Shown piece after piece: positions 17,277 to 20,000 of a DNA stretch of 20,000 nt. Both the position numbers and the translations under genes were made by a program. Under the pieces are notes generated by a model that saw only the letters and a list, made by a program, of their open reading frames with translations, searched no databases and was not told the origin of the DNA. Origin of the DNA: an uncultured virus (IMG/VR IMGVR_UViG_3300044638_007755) (taxonomy: Duplodnaviria; Heunggongvirae; Uroviricota; Caudoviricetes); IMG/VR virus record IMGVR_UViG_3300044638_007755; one strand, given 5' to 3'. Numbering within the stretch: the stretch's first letter is position 1; every line of letters begins with the position of its first letter.

Positions 17277-17290
17277 ATTAAGTTAACTCC

Positions 17291-17307
17291 TATTAATCAA
17301 ATACACC
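17291..17307 (-). promoter_or_regulatory. Putative promoter motif GGTGTAT-TTGATTAATA
   Basis: atacacc at 17301-17307 in the intergenic gap, followed on the minus strand by AGGAG and the ATG at 17276. Confidence 0.55.
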
Positions 17308-17315
17308 GTAGAGAT

Positions 17316-20000
17316 TTATTGAATATCTTCTTCTTTTTGCTCTTTTAGATCCAGAGTAGACGCTCTCCAAATACCCCCAACCCCATCAATCAGAGGAGTT
17401 GGCTTTTTAGTTGGAGAAAAACTACCATCACACCTCGTAGCAGCAATAACATCAAAGTTTTTAGGCCATATGGTAGTACTATCATAAATAACACCACAAA
17501 ATATAGAATCTATAATAATAGCTTCTGATAGATTAGCTCCTCTGAAATCAGCATTTGTAAAATTAGATTCATTAATTTCAGTGTTAATAAAATTACTATT
17601 TTGAAAATCGCTATTAATAAATGAGGATCCAAATAAAACAGTATTAACTAGTGATGCTCCATTGAATGACGAAGATATGAAATTAGAAAGAATAATTTTT
17701 GTTCTATTATCTATGACAGTAGTACCATCTATGCGTCCTTCGATATTCACACTACCTGTGGTATTACCTACTGCTTTGTCGTTTATTATTGTAAAGGTAT
17801 TTTTGCTAATAGCTATTATCTTAAAGTTGCCATCGTTTGTGATCGACCCACTAATAAAGTCAAGATTAACACTATCTCCTATCGAGAATCCATGATTTGG
17901 ACTAGTAATAGTTATTGTTGATCCAGATCCTGAGAAAGTTGATGTTGTTGGCAGATTAAAATTAACAATTCCTATTTGAACAGGATCCTTTTCTGAAAGA
18001 ATTCCATTAGAGGAAACTATAGCAAATATGGGTCCCTGAGGAATAACTTCTTTTAATTGAACGGTCAGTTGTGTCTTGTCTGTGTTCGATGCAACACCTT
18101 GTAGTCCTGACTTATTCGTTAAAATTATATCTAACGGAACCAATATTTCATTAGTCTTAGTAAATAATTGGACTATATTATTACTATTAGAAAAATTTGA
18201 ACCATTAATAATTGCTGTTTGATTATTAATTATAGAAAAACTTGGAGTAACAGAAGCTGGTATAGCTTGTGTAGATATCTTTCCTAGAGTAGAAGAATTG
18301 CTTAATGTATTATTAGTATTAACTTGACCTACTATTGTAGTGTCAATGGCTGGTAGTTCGGAAAGAGAAACTGTTATCAGATTGGGAGAATCGACCGTAA
18401 AAGTAAAATTAGTTAATGGTATATTATTGCTGGTTTTCAGTAGTGGGATAGATTCTGTTGTAAATCCATTTCCATTAATTTGGAAAACATTACCATTAGT
18501 GGCTATATTCTGTGGAATATTGGGAGTTAAAACAGAAGACGGAGTATTATCTGATACGACATTTGCAACTTGAACAGCAGAAGTTGTGCTATTCTCATTA
18601 GAAACTTGAGCGGTGATTGGGCCGGTTACTTTACTCAAGTCTAATCCAAATAAAGTAATATCATTATCAGAACCTACGATAAAACTGGAAACATTAATTG
18701 GTTGATTATTTTTATCTCTTAATATTATATTGACAGAATCCGATGTTTCTAAATTAACTCCAGTAATTTTTAAAGATGTATCTGGACTGCTAAATATATT
18801 AGCCTCAGAAGAATTAATTTGTACAATACGCTGAGAAGTGATATTTGACAATTCATTACCAATATTAGCATTGCTAAAATTAGTATCAGAAAATTCAGAA
18901 TCTGTAATAGACGTATTACTAAAGTCCGAATTACTCCAATTCGACGATGTCGCCGTGCTGTTATTGATTGAACTATTTGTGATTGAGGTGTCTTGAAAAC
19001 TGCTATTCTTCAAAGAAATGTTGTTTATATTGCTATTATTTATGAAGCTATTATCAAATGAAACATTGTTGATTGAGCTATCGTTTATAGCAGTAAAATT
19101 TAGACTACTATTATCAAAATTACTATCATCAAAATTACTATCAATAAAATTACTATTGATTAAAGATGAGCTTTTAAAATTACTATTTATCGCATTTGCG
19201 TTATGGAAAACAGTACTATTAAAATTTGTATTATCAAAAGAAGTGTTGCTTAAATTAGAGTTATCGAAAGAGCTATTATTAATATTTCCATTATCCCAAT
19301 TAGTATTAGTTAAATTACTATTTCCAACGTTTATTCCATCCGCATTAGAGCTATCGAAATTAGTATTCATAAAATCGCTATTGGTAACACTGCAACCGCT
19401 AAGATTAGCGCCACTTAGGTTAACTCCTACAAGACTATTATTGCTTAAACCGTTACACGAGGGTGGGTTTTTGCTTGTGGTAGTTCCTCCAGTGGTTGTT
19501 CCTCCAGTTGTTATACCTCCTATAGTGGTTCCTCCAGTTGTTATTCCATTAATAGTAGTTCCACCAGTTGTAATTCCTCCGGTCGTTGTACCACCGATAG
19601 TTGTACCTCCAGTAGTAGTTCCTCCAGTTATTGGAACTGCTGGTGTGCCGTCAGCATTTGTTCCGCCGGTAGTAGTTCCTCCAGTTGTAATTCCGCCAGT
19701 TGTAATTCCGCCAGTTGTTATACCTCCGGTAGTTGTACCTCCAGTAGTAGTTCCTCCGGTGGTAGTTCCTCCTGTGGTGGTTCCTCCGGTTGTTATACCT
19801 CCTGTGGTGGTTCCGCCAGTTATTGGGCCTGCTGGTGTTCCATCAGCATTTGTTCCGCCGATAGTAATTCCTCCTGTGGTAGTTCCTCCTGTGGTGGTTC
19901 CTCCGGTGGTGGTTCCTCCGGTTGTTATGTCTCCAATTGTTGTTCCTCCGGTAGTTGTACCTCCAGTAGTAGTTCCTCCGGTAGTTGTACCTCCAGTTGT
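17316..20000 (-). CDS. 5'-truncated large protein: (GGTTT)n repeats, pentapeptide repeats, about three IPT/TIG-like Ig domains, small beta-barrel (FCCH-like) module and further pentapeptide repeats
   Basis: I checked the frame codon by codon: no stop from 19370 to 20000, so the track ATG at 19370 is internal. The extension reads ...GGTTTGGTTTSKNPPSCNGLSNNSLVGVNLSGANLSGCSVTNSDFMNTNF. It has SxFxN pentapeptides, ITGVNL/INGNGF/INGSNF IPT-like motifs, TITSPNHGFSIGDSV and the C-cap YDSTTIWPKNFD. Confidence 0.85.
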   Translation of the reverse strand, partial: TTGGTTTGGTTTGGTTTGGTTIGDITTGGTTTGGTTTGGTTTGGITIGGTNADGTPAGPITGGTTTGGITTGGTTTGGTTTGGTTTGGTTTGGITTGGITTGGITTGGTTTGGTNADGTPAVPITGGTTTGGTTIGGTTTGGITTGGTTINGITTGGTTIGGITTGGTTTGGTTTSKNPPSCNGLSNNSLVGVNLSGANLSGCSVTNSDFMNTNFDSSNADGINVGNSNLTNTNWDNGNINNSSFDNSNLSNTSFDNTNFNSTVFHNANAINSNFKSSSLINSNFIDSNFDDSNFDNSSLNFTAINDSSINNVSFDNSFINNSNINNISLKNSSFQDTSITNSSINNSTATSSNWSNSDFSNTSITDSEFSDTNFSNANIGNELSNITSQRIVQINSSEANIFSSPDTSLKITGVNLETSDSVNIILRDKNNQPINVSSFIVGSDNDITLFGLDLSKVTGPITAQVSNENSTTSAVQVANVVSDNTPSSVLTPNIPQNIATNGNVFQINGNGFTTESIPLLKTSNNIPLTNFTFTVDSPNLITVSLSELPAIDTTIVGQVNTNNTLSNSSTLGKISTQAIPASVTPSFSIINNQTAIINGSNFSNSNNIVQLFTKTNEILVPLDIILTNKSGLQGVASNTDKTQLTVQLKEVIPQGPIFAIVSSNGILSEKDPVQIGIVNFNLPTTSTFSGSGSTITITSPNHGFSIGDSVNLDFISGSITNDGNFKIIAISKNTFTIINDKAVGNTTGSVNIEGRIDGTTVIDNRTKIILSNFISSSFNGASLVNTVLFGSSFINSDFQNSNFINTEINESNFTNADFRGANLSEAIIIDSIFCGVIYDSTTIWPKNFDVIAATRCDGSFSPTKKPTPLIDGVGGIWRASTLDLKEQKEEDIQ
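19476..20000 (-). repeat. Degenerate 15-bp coding tandem repeat encoding GG[TI]TT, with two GGTNADGTPA[VG]PIT inserts 192 bp apart
   Basis: Recurrent (t/a)cctcc-rgt-ngt-ngt units on the + strand; insert cores begin at 19629 and 19821. Confidence 0.9.

Noticed and set aside
387..18573. The other short plus-strand ORFs in the track
   Set aside because: They lie antisense to well-supported minus-strand genes, mostly use non-ATG starts and show no recognisable motifs.
19476..20000. CRISPR array or non-coding satellite
   Set aside because: The units are 15 bp, vary at synonymous positions, have no unique spacers and lie in an open frame, so this is a coding repeat.
1..20000. Alternative genetic code (stop-codon reassignment as in some large phages)
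   Set aside because: Code 11 gives near-complete coding density, and TAA, TAG and TGA each end genes at sensible boundaries.

Overview
AT-rich, gene-dense window with every credible gene on the minus strand, read with the standard genetic code (TAA, TAG and TGA all act as stops). Shine-Dalgarno-like sites precede many genes and there are no cellular housekeeping genes, so it most likely comes from a large bacteriophage or prophage-like element. Several families hint at a Planctomycetota/PVC host, but that is inference. In transcription order (right to left): (1) three large surface or virion-like proteins with Thr/Pro- or Gly/Thr-rich low-complexity stalks, carrying pentapeptide-repeat, Ig-like, beta-propeller and FGE-sulfatase (C-type lectin fold) domains; (2) a cassette of small membrane proteins ending in a papain-like C1 cysteine peptidase; (3) an island of at least eight glycosyltransferase-like genes (RgpF, NodZ/GT11 fucosyltransferase-like, GT-B, GT2+GT32 fusion, GT8, GT64-like). 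The most striking observations are an apparently circularly permuted FGE-sulfatase domain bracketed by two cysteines, a GGTGTAT motif in three intergenic gaps upstream of gene blocks, and mucin-like proteins lying next to a glycosylation island. Two reading frames were missed or truncated by the ORF track: 445..<1 and the extension of the last ORF to >20000. All family assignments come from motif recognition by eye, not from database searches.
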